From NCBI GenBank assembly GCA_037142615.1, contig JBAXAI010000017.1, forward strand, positions 1-64,000: DNA of 64,000 nucleotides. Reading direction: 5' to 3'. The translations under genes were made by a program, and so were the position numbers. Below are positions 30,882 to 41,178 of this stretch, one piece after another. Source of the DNA: Spirochaetales bacterium (GTDB lineage: Bacteria > Spirochaetota > Spirochaetia > JABEVK01). The first letter of the stretch is position 1. Every line of letters starts with the position of its first letter. The notes under the pieces were generated by a model that saw only the letters and a list, made by a program, of their open reading frames with translations, ran no database searches and had not been told where the DNA came from.

Positions 30882-32465
30882 ATGCTGTTTGCCTTGCTCT
30901 GGTCCGTGGGCCTCTCGTCGTTAGCGGTTTCACTGGCCCAACCGAACGACTTATTTCTGACAGGTTTGCCTTGGTTCGTGCTCGTGGGTTGGGTCCCGTT
31001 ATTCTGGGCGCTGCGCAACAGCCTTTCCAACCGGATGGCAGCGGGTCTGGGCGCGCTGTTTGGTCTTTTGACCACGCTGATGCAGGATTATTGGTTGGCG
31101 TTCTTTCAGGACTACGCCTTTTGGACCATCGCCGCACCGGCGTTGGGCCTGGCCGGCTACGGGGCCCTTCTGGGGCCGATTCTGCGAACGTTGCTGCGAA
31201 CCAGAAGCGACTGGCGACCTTTTGCCGTGGGAGCCCTCTGGGCTGTTTTTGAATACCTCAAGTCCAACGGTTTTCTGGGCTTTCCGTGGGGATTGGCCTC
31301 GTATCCTCTGCACGGCTGGCCCGTGTTCCTGCAGATTCTCGACGTCACGGGCATTGGGTTCCTGACGTTTGTCGTGATTTCGCTCAACGCCTGGTTGGCC
31401 GAAACGATCGGGAGCTTTCCCCGACGTCAAAACCCGGGGCGGGCCACGTGGGGCGGAGCCCTCTTTCTGGCGGGACTGGTCGCCCTCACCGCTGGCTACG
31501 GGCTTCAAAAACTCGATGCACCGGCCGTCGCAGGCAAGAAAGTTCAGTTGCTGCTGGTCCAGCAAAATGCCGACCCATGGAAGTCGGGCGACGATTTGAC
31601 TCCACTTCTCACCTCGGTCAAGGAGTCCCAGGAAGGCCTGAAACAAGCCCCGGGGACCGACCTCGTGGTGTGGAGCGAGACAGCCCTTCGCTATCCGCTC
31701 CAAGAATGGAGGCCGTACTACGAGCGCAACCCTGCCAAGTCGCCGCTGTTCAAGGTGATCCGGTCGGCCACCCCGTTTTGGCTTTTCGGAAACCCGTATT
31801 TTCAGGACTACAACCCCGAGAAGGGTCTGCGCGGCGGCGGCGTCAACGCCACGGTGCTGATGAACCCCCAGGCTCAGATTGTGGACTACTACGGCAAGAT
31901 CCAGCAGGTGCCATTTGCCGAATACATCCCCTACTGGGAGGTTCCTGCGGTTCAGAACTTCTTCATCCACGTGGTGGGCCTGGCGGGAAGCTGGGAGCTC
32001 GGTCGCCAACTGACGGTGTTCCAGCTTCCTTTGGCAGCAGGAGGCCAGCTTCATTTTTCGACGCCCATCTGCTTTGAAGACGCCTTTCCGTGGATCAACC
32101 GAGCCATGGTGGCCAAGGGAGCCGAAGTGCTGATCAACCTCACCAACGATTCGTGGTCGCACCGTGACTCCAGCCAGGAGCAACACCTCATTGCCTCGAT
32201 GTTCCGTGCGGTAGAAAACCGGGTCCCCTTGGTCCGATCCACCAACTCGGGGGTTACGGGGGTCATCGGACCCATGGGCACGTGGCTTGCCGGTCCCCTG
32301 CCCTCGTTCCAAAGCGGACACTTGAACGTCGAGCTGAACTTGCCAGAGGTGAGACCACTGACCTTCTACAACCAGTGGGGCGACTGGATTATTGCGGTGT
32401 TCGCGCTGGTATTGGTTCTGGTTCTTCTGGTAGGAGCCCTGCGTCCCGAGCGGAGAACACTTTGA
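30882..32465 (+). CDS. lnt: Apolipoprotein N-acyltransferase (paralog 1)
   Basis: GFPW; E-K-C triad in WSET, KIQQVPFAE and TPICFED; NLTNDSW; RAVENR; alternative start 30873. Confidence 0.93.
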   Translation: MLFALLWSVGLSSLAVSLAQPNDLFLTGLPWFVLVGWVPLFWALRNSLSNRMAAGLGALFGLLTTLMQDYWLAFFQDYAFWTIAAPALGLAGYGALLGPILRTLLRTRSDWRPFAVGALWAVFEYLKSNGFLGFPWGLASYPLHGWPVFLQILDVTGIGFLTFVVISLNAWLAETIGSFPRRQNPGRATWGGALFLAGLVALTAGYGLQKLDAPAVAGKKVQLLLVQQNADPWKSGDDLTPLLTSVKESQEGLKQAPGTDLVVWSETALRYPLQEWRPYYERNPAKSPLFKVIRSATPFWLFGNPYFQDYNPEKGLRGGGVNATVLMNPQAQIVDYYGKIQQVPFAEYIPYWEVPAVQNFFIHVVGLAGSWELGRQLTVFQLPLAAGGQLHFSTPICFEDAFPWINRAMVAKGAEVLINLTNDSWSHRDSSQEQHLIASMFRAVENRVPLVRSTNSGVTGVIGPMGTWLAGPLPSFQSGHLNVELNLPEVRPLTFYNQWGDWIIAVFALVLVLVLLVGALRPERRTL

Positions 32466-33637
32466 AGCTGCCCTGGTGCACGGGTCTGCTCGCAATGGTG
32501 TCAGTGGCGCTGGTATCGGTGCCTCTGGCAGCGCAGTCGGTCTTCCCGGGCAATGCGCTGGCGCTGTTGCAGACGGGCCAAGTGGCCGAAGCCCGGGAGC
32601 TCGCCCTGGCCGCCCACGAGGCAGATCGCACCAACGTCGATGCCCTGGTGATCCTGGGTACGGCTGACCTTTACAGCAGCATGGTCTTGCGGCCCGACGA
32701 AACCATTTATCATCCGGTAGCCGACCTCAAGGCCGCCTGGAATCCGGTGCTTCCCTTGAGAGGAGTGCAGGCTGCGGCGGTCTGGTGGAAGGACGTACCC
32801 ACGCTCGACCCTTCCCGCAATTCGGTTTGGGAGGATCTTTCGGGCCTGTACTTCGACGCCGGAAGCCTCAAACAGGCTCTGGACTACGGGAGGCTCGCGG
32901 TGGCCGTTCCTGGGGTGAGCGGCGATACCCTTCACAGGGTGGCCTACCTGGCTGGTTTGGCGCAGGGGTGGCCGGAAATGGTCAGCCTCCTGCAAGGAAT
33001 GACCGACTCGGCGAACGCAGCGAGGGAAGCCCTCCTGTATCGGGCTCTCGGTCTTTGGCGAACCAATGACCAAAACTGGAAGACCGCGATGAAGGCCTTT
33101 CTGGCGACCCCGGGCGCAGCGATGACCGGAACCAAGTTGGCGGCCTACCTTTTGAGCGACAAACCGCGCGACACCGACGCCGGCTATCAGGAACTGCTCA
33201 CGGTAGAACCTGGGTTCCCCAACCTGCTGGTGAAACAGAAGTATGCCGACCGTTTTTCGGAGCTGTTTGCCCCCCGGCTGGACCTGGCGAGGAACCTGGC
33301 GCAGTACGGCAATTACGACCGCGCCCTGGAACTCTACATCGACCTGGAACGGCGCCAGCTCGCCAAGACTCCCGACGAAAAAGCCGCCCTCGCGCTCAAC
33401 GCGGCGTGGGCCTGGGAATCGGCTGGGCGCTATCCGGAAGCGACAAATGCGTGGAAACTGGTCGCGGTGGCCAAGGATTTCTACGCCCGCAGCGCTGCCT
33501 GCTGGTTCCTGGGACGTTCAGCCCGTGAAGGCGGTCAACTGGCCGAAGCCCGCAGTTGGTGGACCCAAGTCGCCGACGAACCCGCCCGCAGCAAGTATGC
33601 CGCGTGGTGCGCCACCGAACTCAAGAAATTGAACTAG
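32462..33637 (+). CDS. Hypothetical exported TPR-like protein
   Basis: Signal peptide and Ala/Trp/Tyr-rich helical repeats; TTGA overlap with the lnt stop. Confidence 0.7.
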   Translation: MKLPWCTGLLAMVSVALVSVPLAAQSVFPGNALALLQTGQVAEARELALAAHEADRTNVDALVILGTADLYSSMVLRPDETIYHPVADLKAAWNPVLPLRGVQAAAVWWKDVPTLDPSRNSVWEDLSGLYFDAGSLKQALDYGRLAVAVPGVSGDTLHRVAYLAGLAQGWPEMVSLLQGMTDSANAAREALLYRALGLWRTNDQNWKTAMKAFLATPGAAMTGTKLAAYLLSDKPRDTDAGYQELLTVEPGFPNLLVKQKYADRFSELFAPRLDLARNLAQYGNYDRALELYIDLERRQLAKTPDEKAALALNAAWAWESAGRYPEATNAWKLVAVAKDFYARSAACWFLGRSAREGGQLAEARSWWTQVADEPARSKYAAWCATELKKLN

Positions 33638-33641
33638 CAGA

Positions 33642-33802
33642 CTGCCGACAGAGGCGCAGCCGTCCGAGGCGCAGCCGGCGGCGCCTACTGTAGCAATGGC
33701 GACGTAGATCGTGTCGGCGGCAAAGCCGAGGCCGAGCGAGGAGCGCAGCCGTACGAGAGGTACGGCGAGCACCACAGCCGTCCGAGGCGCAGCCGGCGGC
33801 GC
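33642..33802. repeat. Structured intergenic repeat with a 28-bp direct duplication
   Basis: CAGCCGTCCGAGGCGCAGCCGGCGGCGC at 33657-33684 and 33775-33802; hairpin GCCGTAC-GAGAG-GTACGGC at 33748-33766. Confidence 0.8.
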
Positions 33803-33808
33803 GAGATT

Positions 33809-35584
<1,776 letters not shown>

Positions 35585-35744
35585 GGCACCTCCAAGGAAT
35601 GGAACTGGTCAAGGGTGTTTGCTTGGTAATGGTTTCAACGCTGATTTTTGGGGGGAATTGGAAAGTGGCCCATCTGGCCTGAAGCGTCTGCGTCAGCAGA
35701 GGCAAGAACTTGTTCATTATCAAACAGGCGGGACCGCCTGTCAA
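35585..35744 (-). promoter_or_regulatory. rho promoter and C-rich leader
   Basis: TTGACA-N17-GATAAT (35744-35716) with palindrome ACAGGCGG-GA-CCGCCTGT covering the spacer; leader of about 125 nt that is C-rich and G-poor; GGAGG RBS. Confidence 0.6.
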
Positions 35745-35765
35745 GCGGTGAGCCCCCGCCAAGGC

Positions 35766-36179
35766 TCAGAGTGTTTCCAGCGATTGTTTGAGTTGCGTGG
35801 CCGTGGCCGAAAAAATGTCGAGGCTGTCGGAGTTCTTGAGCATTTCGACCTTGCCTTCAAAGACAACCCCGTCGTCCATCTTCAATTGCGACGTGCGGAC
35901 GTTGCCGAACACCTTTCCGGTGGCGAGCATTTCCGTCTGTTCAGTGGCCTCGATGTTCCCCTTCACGGTCCCGGCCACAATGATCGAACCCACTCGGATG
36001 TCAGCCAAGACCTCGGCACCCTTGCCGATCACGAGGGCGCCGCCGGACTCGATAACCCCTTCGCATCGACCAAAGATCTTGAGCGAGTCGCGGAAACGCA
36101 AGGTCCCACGGAACACGGTTTCGGGTCCGAGAATGGTTTTGATGTCCTGATCGATCTGAAGGGGGGGCTTGGAACTCAT
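35766..36179 (-). CDS. Bactofilin (polymer-forming cytoskeletal protein)
   Basis: TILGPETVFRGTL, IVAGTVKGNI, GKVFGNV and GVVFEG beta-helix pattern. Confidence 0.9.
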   Translation of the reverse strand: MSSKPPLQIDQDIKTILGPETVFRGTLRFRDSLKIFGRCEGVIESGGALVIGKGAEVLADIRVGSIIVAGTVKGNIEATEQTEMLATGKVFGNVRTSQLKMDDGVVFEGKVEMLKNSDSLDIFSATATQLKQSLETL

Positions 36180-36397
36180 TTGTGGGTCATGGTGAAGACG
36201 CCGTCCCAGTCTTCCGGAGGGGGATTCTCGATCAGGTCGCGACAACGCCGGGCGTACTCTTTCGAGGGACCGTCCTTGGGATCAACCAGCAACGCCTGAT
36301 CAAAAAGTTCGAGGGCTTTGGTAAACTCCATCAGTTTGTAACACTTGCGTCCGGCAGCGAACAAACGGAGTACTTCCTGTTTTTCGGCGCTAATCAT
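36176..36397 (-). CDS. Small TPR-like protein resembling the C-terminal tail of class III nucleotide cyclases
   Basis: FTKALELFDQAL...DGPSKEY..RC...PPEDWDGVFTMTHK. Confidence 0.75.
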   Translation of the reverse strand: MISAEKQEVLRLFAAGRKCYKLMEFTKALELFDQALLVDPKDGPSKEYARRCRDLIENPPPEDWDGVFTMTHK

Positions 36398-36413
36398 GCC
36401 CGGCTCCTTGAGT

Positions 36414-37130
36414 TCAGTGGCTGGTGCCGTTGAAATGTTTCTGGAACTTCTCTTCCAGGTCCTGAAGGGTGACTTCCGACTGCTTGAGCTTGTCGCCCTC
36501 GGACTTCAACGCGTGGATCTCGTCCCGCAGGCCTTCGAGGGCAGCGAGCACTTCCTCGCCTTCCTTGATCACGAGTTGCTGAAAAGTCCCGACGTTCTTT
36601 TGGTTGGCGAGGTCGAGGCTTCGGGCCGTGGTGATCATCTCGTCCATGGGCCTCTTGAGGTGATCGGTAAAGTACAACAGCGACTGGTTGAGGCTCTCAA
36701 TGAGAGCGATACGCCGTTCGCGGTTGACAACCTGGTGAGCCAGTTCTTTATTGCGAAGCACCGCCCGGATTCGGGCCAGCACTTCGGAAAAATTAAACGG
36801 CTTGGTGATGTAGTCTTCGATGCCGAGCTCAAAACCTTCGATCTTGTCTTTCACGGCGTCCATCGCCGAGAACATGATGATAGGTATGTCACGGAATTGT
36901 TCGTAGGCTTTGCTTTTTTTGAGAATCTTGGTGAGTTCCCAGCCGGTCATCTTCGGCATGATGTTGTCGAGGATGATAAGGTCGGGTTTGTCCTGCTGGA
37001 TCATCTCCAGGGCTTCCTCCCCGTCTTCCGCCATGACGACTTCAAAACCAAGGCGGGACAGCATGACGTCGAAGAAGTCGAGATTGATGGGCTCATCGTC
37101 GACGATCAGGATTTTGCCTTTCAGTGACAC
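36414..37130 (-). CDS. Response regulator (receiver domain plus helical output)
   Basis: ILIVDD, LDNIMP, FSA and YITKPF; GGAGAG RBS before GTG. Confidence 0.9.
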   Translation of the reverse strand: MSLKGKILIVDDEPINLDFFDVMLSRLGFEVVMAEDGEEALEMIQQDKPDLIILDNIMPKMTGWELTKILKKSKAYEQFRDIPIIMFSAMDAVKDKIEGFELGIEDYITKPFNFSEVLARIRAVLRNKELAHQVVNRERRIALIESLNQSLLYFTDHLKRPMDEMITTARSLDLANQKNVGTFQQLVIKEGEEVLAALEGLRDEIHALKSEGDKLKQSEVTLQDLEEKFQKHFNGTSH

Positions 37131-37179
37131 GTTTCTCTCCAGTTGGATGATCTTCCTATAGGATGAAACCCTTGTCAAT

Positions 37180-38730
37180 CTAAATCGCCCGAGGGCGACC
37201 CCGCCACCGGCGCTCAAGGGCCCAAAAGGCGGGAATTCCGAGCAAAAAACTAAGGAAAATCGCCCCAAAATCGCCCCAGCGGGTGTAAATCGTCGGCTTG
37301 CTGATACCCACCCAAACGGGGGCAGCCAGCACTCCGCGGACCCCGACGGCGAGGCTGGCGGTGACCCTTCCCCGCGAGTCGATCACCGCCGTTCGACCGT
37401 CGTTACCAGCGCGGACCAACGGCAAGCGGGTCTCTGCCGAGCGGAACACAGCCAGCGCCAGATGCTGATTGCGGGCGGCGGTTCCTGTGGTCCACGAATC
37501 GTTGGTCAGGTTGACCAGCAGGTTGGCTCCTGCAAGAGCGAAGGCCCTCGAGGCGTCAGGAAAAGCATCCTCGTAGCAGATGGGGGTTCCCAGTACCAAC
37601 GGACCCGCATGCAAGACCTCGAACGTCGTCCCAGCCTCCCAAAAATGCGAGCCGTTGCGTTCGAGCAACTGACGCAACCAAGGAAGCTGGTCCTTCCAGG
37701 GCAGGCTCTCGGTAAAGGGCACCAAACGGTTCTTCAAGTACCGGTCGGCCCAACCGCCGTTCCACAGCAAGGCAGCGTTGTAGTCGAGCCGGGTCTTGCC
37801 GTCGGGGGCCAGCACGCCGTGGTCGTTGCCGAGGACAAACGTTGTCGCTGAGTTAGCCAGAAAGACTTCGAGTCTCTTCACGAGCTGCCAGGAGGTTGGG
37901 TCGGGTCGGTAGCGGGTATGCCAGTCGATACCGGGGACAAAGGCAGTTTCTGGCCACACGACCAGGTCAGGTTTGTCGGCCAGCGCCTTCGTGGACAGCT
38001 CAAGCAAGGTGTCGAGGGCGCCGCTGTAGGTTTCCACCCCCCCCTTCCAGGGATCCTGGGCATTTTGAACCAGGGCTACCCGGACAGGCCCCCCTCCCTC
38101 GTCCTGTCCGAGAATCCACCAGCCGTAGCCGAAGTTGAGGACGAGCAGGACACCCGCCAGTGCCAGATCGAGCCAAGGCAACAGGGGCAAGGCCGCTCCG
38201 GCAGCAGAAACCAAGGCGAGCAGGTAGGTTAGTCCGGTAGTTCCCAGGAGATCAGCGGATTGAAAAGCGACGGGAAAGAAGGCCTGAGTCGAGGCGAGGC
38301 TTCCGTAGGGGAACGCAAGCCAACCGAGATTGCGCACAGCCTCGAAGACCGCCCAGAGCGCCGCCTGGAACCAAATCCCAACGAGCCTGGACTTTTTCGG
38401 GGGCACCCAGCGCCAAAGCAGGCTCGAAAGCGCAAAAACCGCAGCGTACTGAGGTACCATCACAAGAAGTACAATGGGGAAGGCCAACGGGTGAAACCCC
38501 AACAGCCAAGAGCAGGAAGTGAGAAACAGGGTGGTTGCAAACAAGGCCCCACCGGCGGCGCTGGCAACCCAAGCATGGCGCCGGGTGAACCAGAACGATG
38601 GAAACAACGCTAGCCAACCGAACGCCGCCAAGCCCTCCGGAAACAGCTCGGAGGGCAACGCCAAGGCCAGGACGACGGCGCTCACTACGGGCGCCAGAAA
38701 CTCCACAGCCCCAGGCAGAGGCTTGCGCAC
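37180..38730 (-). CDS. lnt: Apolipoprotein N-acyltransferase (paralog 2)
   Basis: WPET, KNRLVPFTE, TPICYED, NLTNDSW and RSAETR. Confidence 0.92.
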   Translation of the reverse strand: MRKPLPGAVEFLAPVVSAVVLALALPSELFPEGLAAFGWLALFPSFWFTRRHAWVASAAGGALFATTLFLTSCSWLLGFHPLAFPIVLLVMVPQYAAVFALSSLLWRWVPPKKSRLVGIWFQAALWAVFEAVRNLGWLAFPYGSLASTQAFFPVAFQSADLLGTTGLTYLLALVSAAGAALPLLPWLDLALAGVLLVLNFGYGWWILGQDEGGGPVRVALVQNAQDPWKGGVETYSGALDTLLELSTKALADKPDLVVWPETAFVPGIDWHTRYRPDPTSWQLVKRLEVFLANSATTFVLGNDHGVLAPDGKTRLDYNAALLWNGGWADRYLKNRLVPFTESLPWKDQLPWLRQLLERNGSHFWEAGTTFEVLHAGPLVLGTPICYEDAFPDASRAFALAGANLLVNLTNDSWTTGTAARNQHLALAVFRSAETRLPLVRAGNDGRTAVIDSRGRVTASLAVGVRGVLAAPVWVGISKPTIYTRWGDFGAIFLSFLLGIPAFWALERRWRGRPRAI

Positions 38731-38733
38731 GAA

Positions 38734-39036
38734 CTACTCGCGCAGTTCCCAGGTCTTCTTCTTGAGATCCTTGCCCGGACGGAACACGGTCACCCCGTGG
38801 TTCTGAACAGGCACCACTTCCCCGGTTTTGGGGTTGCGGGCTTTCTCGCGGCCCTTACGGGTGCGGATTTCGAAAGTGCCAAACCCACGGAGTTCGACCA
38901 CGCGGTCGTCCATGAGAGCGTCTTTCACCTCGTCGAAGAACTGGTCGATCACCCCGTGGATGATCTTGCGGTTCACTTGGGTCTTTTCGAAAATGGCCTC
39001 GATGATCTCGGCCTTGGTCAGCTTGGGAGTGGACAC
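38734..39036 (-). CDS. HU/IHF family nucleoid DNA-binding protein (Hbb-like)
   Basis: VELRGFGTF, ARNPKTGE and FRPGKDLK; directly downstream of rpsT. Confidence 0.95.
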   Translation of the reverse strand: MSTPKLTKAEIIEAIFEKTQVNRKIIHGVIDQFFDEVKDALMDDRVVELRGFGTFEIRTRKGREKARNPKTGEVVPVQNHGVTVFRPGKDLKKKTWELRE

Positions 39037-39064
39037 AGAAGCTCCTCAAGGAAAAAGTTGGAAA

Positions 39065-39331
39065 TCAGGCGGAAACAGCAGCAAGACGTTTAGCGAGACG
39101 GGAAAGCTTGCGGGCAACGGTATTCTTGTGAACATGACCCTTGCGGGCAGCCGTGGCGAGAGTCTTCTGAACTTTGACGAACTTTTCGCCGTTGGTCACC
39201 TTGTCGGAGTCGGCGATACCGTTTTCAAAGGTCTTGACGGTGGTGCGAACCATGCTCCGGTACGCCTTGTTGGCAAGGCGGCGGGTGAGGTTCTGGCGGA
39301 TGCGTTTTTTGGCAGATCGGGAATTGGCCAA
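39065..39331 (-). CDS. rpsT: 30S ribosomal protein S20
   Basis: ANSRSAKKRIRQ and HKNTVARKLSRL; TTG start. Confidence 0.96.
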   Translation of the reverse strand: MANSRSAKKRIRQNLTRRLANKAYRSMVRTTVKTFENGIADSDKVTNGEKFVKVQKTLATAARKGHVHKNTVARKLSRLAKRLAAVSA

Positions 39332-39450
39332 GGAGATCACCTCTCAGTAAGTTATTGTTTTACAACAGAAAAGGAAATTATCAAACTCTCGGGTCACCTG
39401 TCAAGAGAACACTGGAGCCCGAGCGCAGAATTCCGTATATTGGGTTCAAC

Positions 39451-41178
39451 GTGCTGAAAACTTTCGCCTCTCTCCTCCCCTATTTGAAACGCTATGGCTG
39501 GTGGTACTTCGCCGGTCTACTTTGCCTTTTGGTGACCAATGCCGGGCAAATCCAGTTCCCCCAATGGCTCAAGCAGGCGGTCAACCAGATCGCCAGCGGC
39601 CACCCGGACACCGAGGCCGTGGCGGGCCTGATGGTGGGCATGGCCGTGACAGCGCTGCTGATAGCCCTGGGGAGGATAGGTTGGCGGGTCTTCCTCATCG
39701 GAGCGGCCCGACGGATCGAAAAGGAACTGAGGGAAGACCTCGTGAACCACCTGATGTCGCTCCCGGCTTCGTGGTTTGCCAACCAGCGTACTGGCGACCT
39801 TCTTGCCCGCGCCACCAACGACATGGAAGCGGTTCGAATGTCGATCGGCATGGTGCTGGTGGCCCTCACCGACGCGGTGACCATCTCGGGAGCGGTGCTG
39901 GTCTTCTTGCTGGTGCAAGACCCGGTGCTCGGGCTCATCATTGTGTCGCCCCTGCCCGTGATCACCGTGCTCATCGTGGTTTTTGGGGGCCGAGTCGGCG
40001 TTCTGTTCAAAAAAGTGCAGGAAGAATACTCGGCGCTGAGCACATTTGTGCAGGAAACGCTGGCGGGAAGCCGAGTGATCAAGGCCTTTGTGCAGGAAGC
40101 GACGATGGACGCCAAGTTCCGTGCCGCGAATCAGGCTTACCTCAACGCCAACATGGAACTAGTCAAGCTGTGGGGGTTCTTCTTCCCCATCATCACGGCG
40201 CTGTCGGGGTTGTCCGCGCTGTTCCTGCTGTACTGGGGTGGCCAGGACGTGATGAGCGGCAAGTTGAGCCCGGGCGACTTTACCGCCTACCTTTCGTATC
40301 TGGGCATGCTGATCTGGCCGCTCATGGGTGCCGGCATGGTGGTCAACTGGCTTCAGCGGGGCGCCGCGAGCTTGGCCCGCATTCGGGAAGTGATCGATAC
40401 CCAGCCAGCCATCGTGGCCGAAGGCGATCTGCCCCGCCCGGAAACCTTTGACTTGGAAGTGCGCGGCCTGAGTTTCGCCTACGGTGAGGGGCCCGAAGTG
40501 TTGCATGGGTTGAATCTGACCGTCGGACAAGGCCAGTTTGTCGGCCTGCTCGGGCGTGTGGGGAGCGGTAAGACCACCTTGACGGCGCTGTTGCCCCGCA
40601 CCTTTGACCCGCCGCCGGGAACGGTTTTTCTGGGCGGTCAGGACATTCGGAACTACCGCCTGAATGACCTTCGCTCGTGCTTCAGCGTGGTCCCGCAGTC
40701 GACGTTCCTGTTTTCCGACACGATCCGCAACAACATCGCCTTCGCCCGGCCCGAGACGCCCGATGCCCGCCTGCGCGAAATGGCCGAGCTGTCGACCATC
40801 AGCCGCGACATCGATACCCTGAGCCACGGCTGGGACACCGAAGTAGGCGAACGCGGGGTAACGCTCTCGGGCGGTCAAAAGCAGCGGCTTTCGCTTTCGC
40901 GGGCGCTCAACGTCGATGCACCCATCTTGATCCTCGACGACGCGCTTTCGGCTGTCGATCTCGAGACCGAGGAGAAAATCATCACCCACCTTCGGGAGAC
41001 CCGCGCGGGCAAGACCAACCTGCTGATCAGCCACCGGGTGGCGACGCTGCGTCACTGCGACCTGATCGTGGTGCTCGACGATGGGCGCGTGGTCGACCAG
41101 GGCACACACGCCGAGCTCATGGCCCGCGACGGCTTTTACGCCGAGACCGCACGCTTGCAGCACGTGGAGAACCGATGA
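39451..41178 (+). CDS. ABC exporter, fused permease/ATPase (degenerate Walker B half)
   Basis: TGDLLARATND, GRVGSGKTT, LSGGQ and ILDDALS. Confidence 0.93.
   Translation: MLKTFASLLPYLKRYGWWYFAGLLCLLVTNAGQIQFPQWLKQAVNQIASGHPDTEAVAGLMVGMAVTALLIALGRIGWRVFLIGAARRIEKELREDLVNHLMSLPASWFANQRTGDLLARATNDMEAVRMSIGMVLVALTDAVTISGAVLVFLLVQDPVLGLIIVSPLPVITVLIVVFGGRVGVLFKKVQEEYSALSTFVQETLAGSRVIKAFVQEATMDAKFRAANQAYLNANMELVKLWGFFFPIITALSGLSALFLLYWGGQDVMSGKLSPGDFTAYLSYLGMLIWPLMGAGMVVNWLQRGAASLARIREVIDTQPAIVAEGDLPRPETFDLEVRGLSFAYGEGPEVLHGLNLTVGQGQFVGLLGRVGSGKTTLTALLPRTFDPPPGTVFLGGQDIRNYRLNDLRSCFSVVPQSTFLFSDTIRNNIAFARPETPDARLREMAELSTISRDIDTLSHGWDTEVGERGVTLSGGQKQRLSLSRALNVDAPILILDDALSAVDLETEEKIITHLRETRAGKTNLLISHRVATLRHCDLIVVLDDGRVVDQGTHAELMARDGFYAETARLQHVENR

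Noticed and set aside
33657-33802. 28-bp direct repeats as a possible CRISPR array
   Set aside because: Only two copies, separated by 90 bp of structured sequence, and no cas genes in the window
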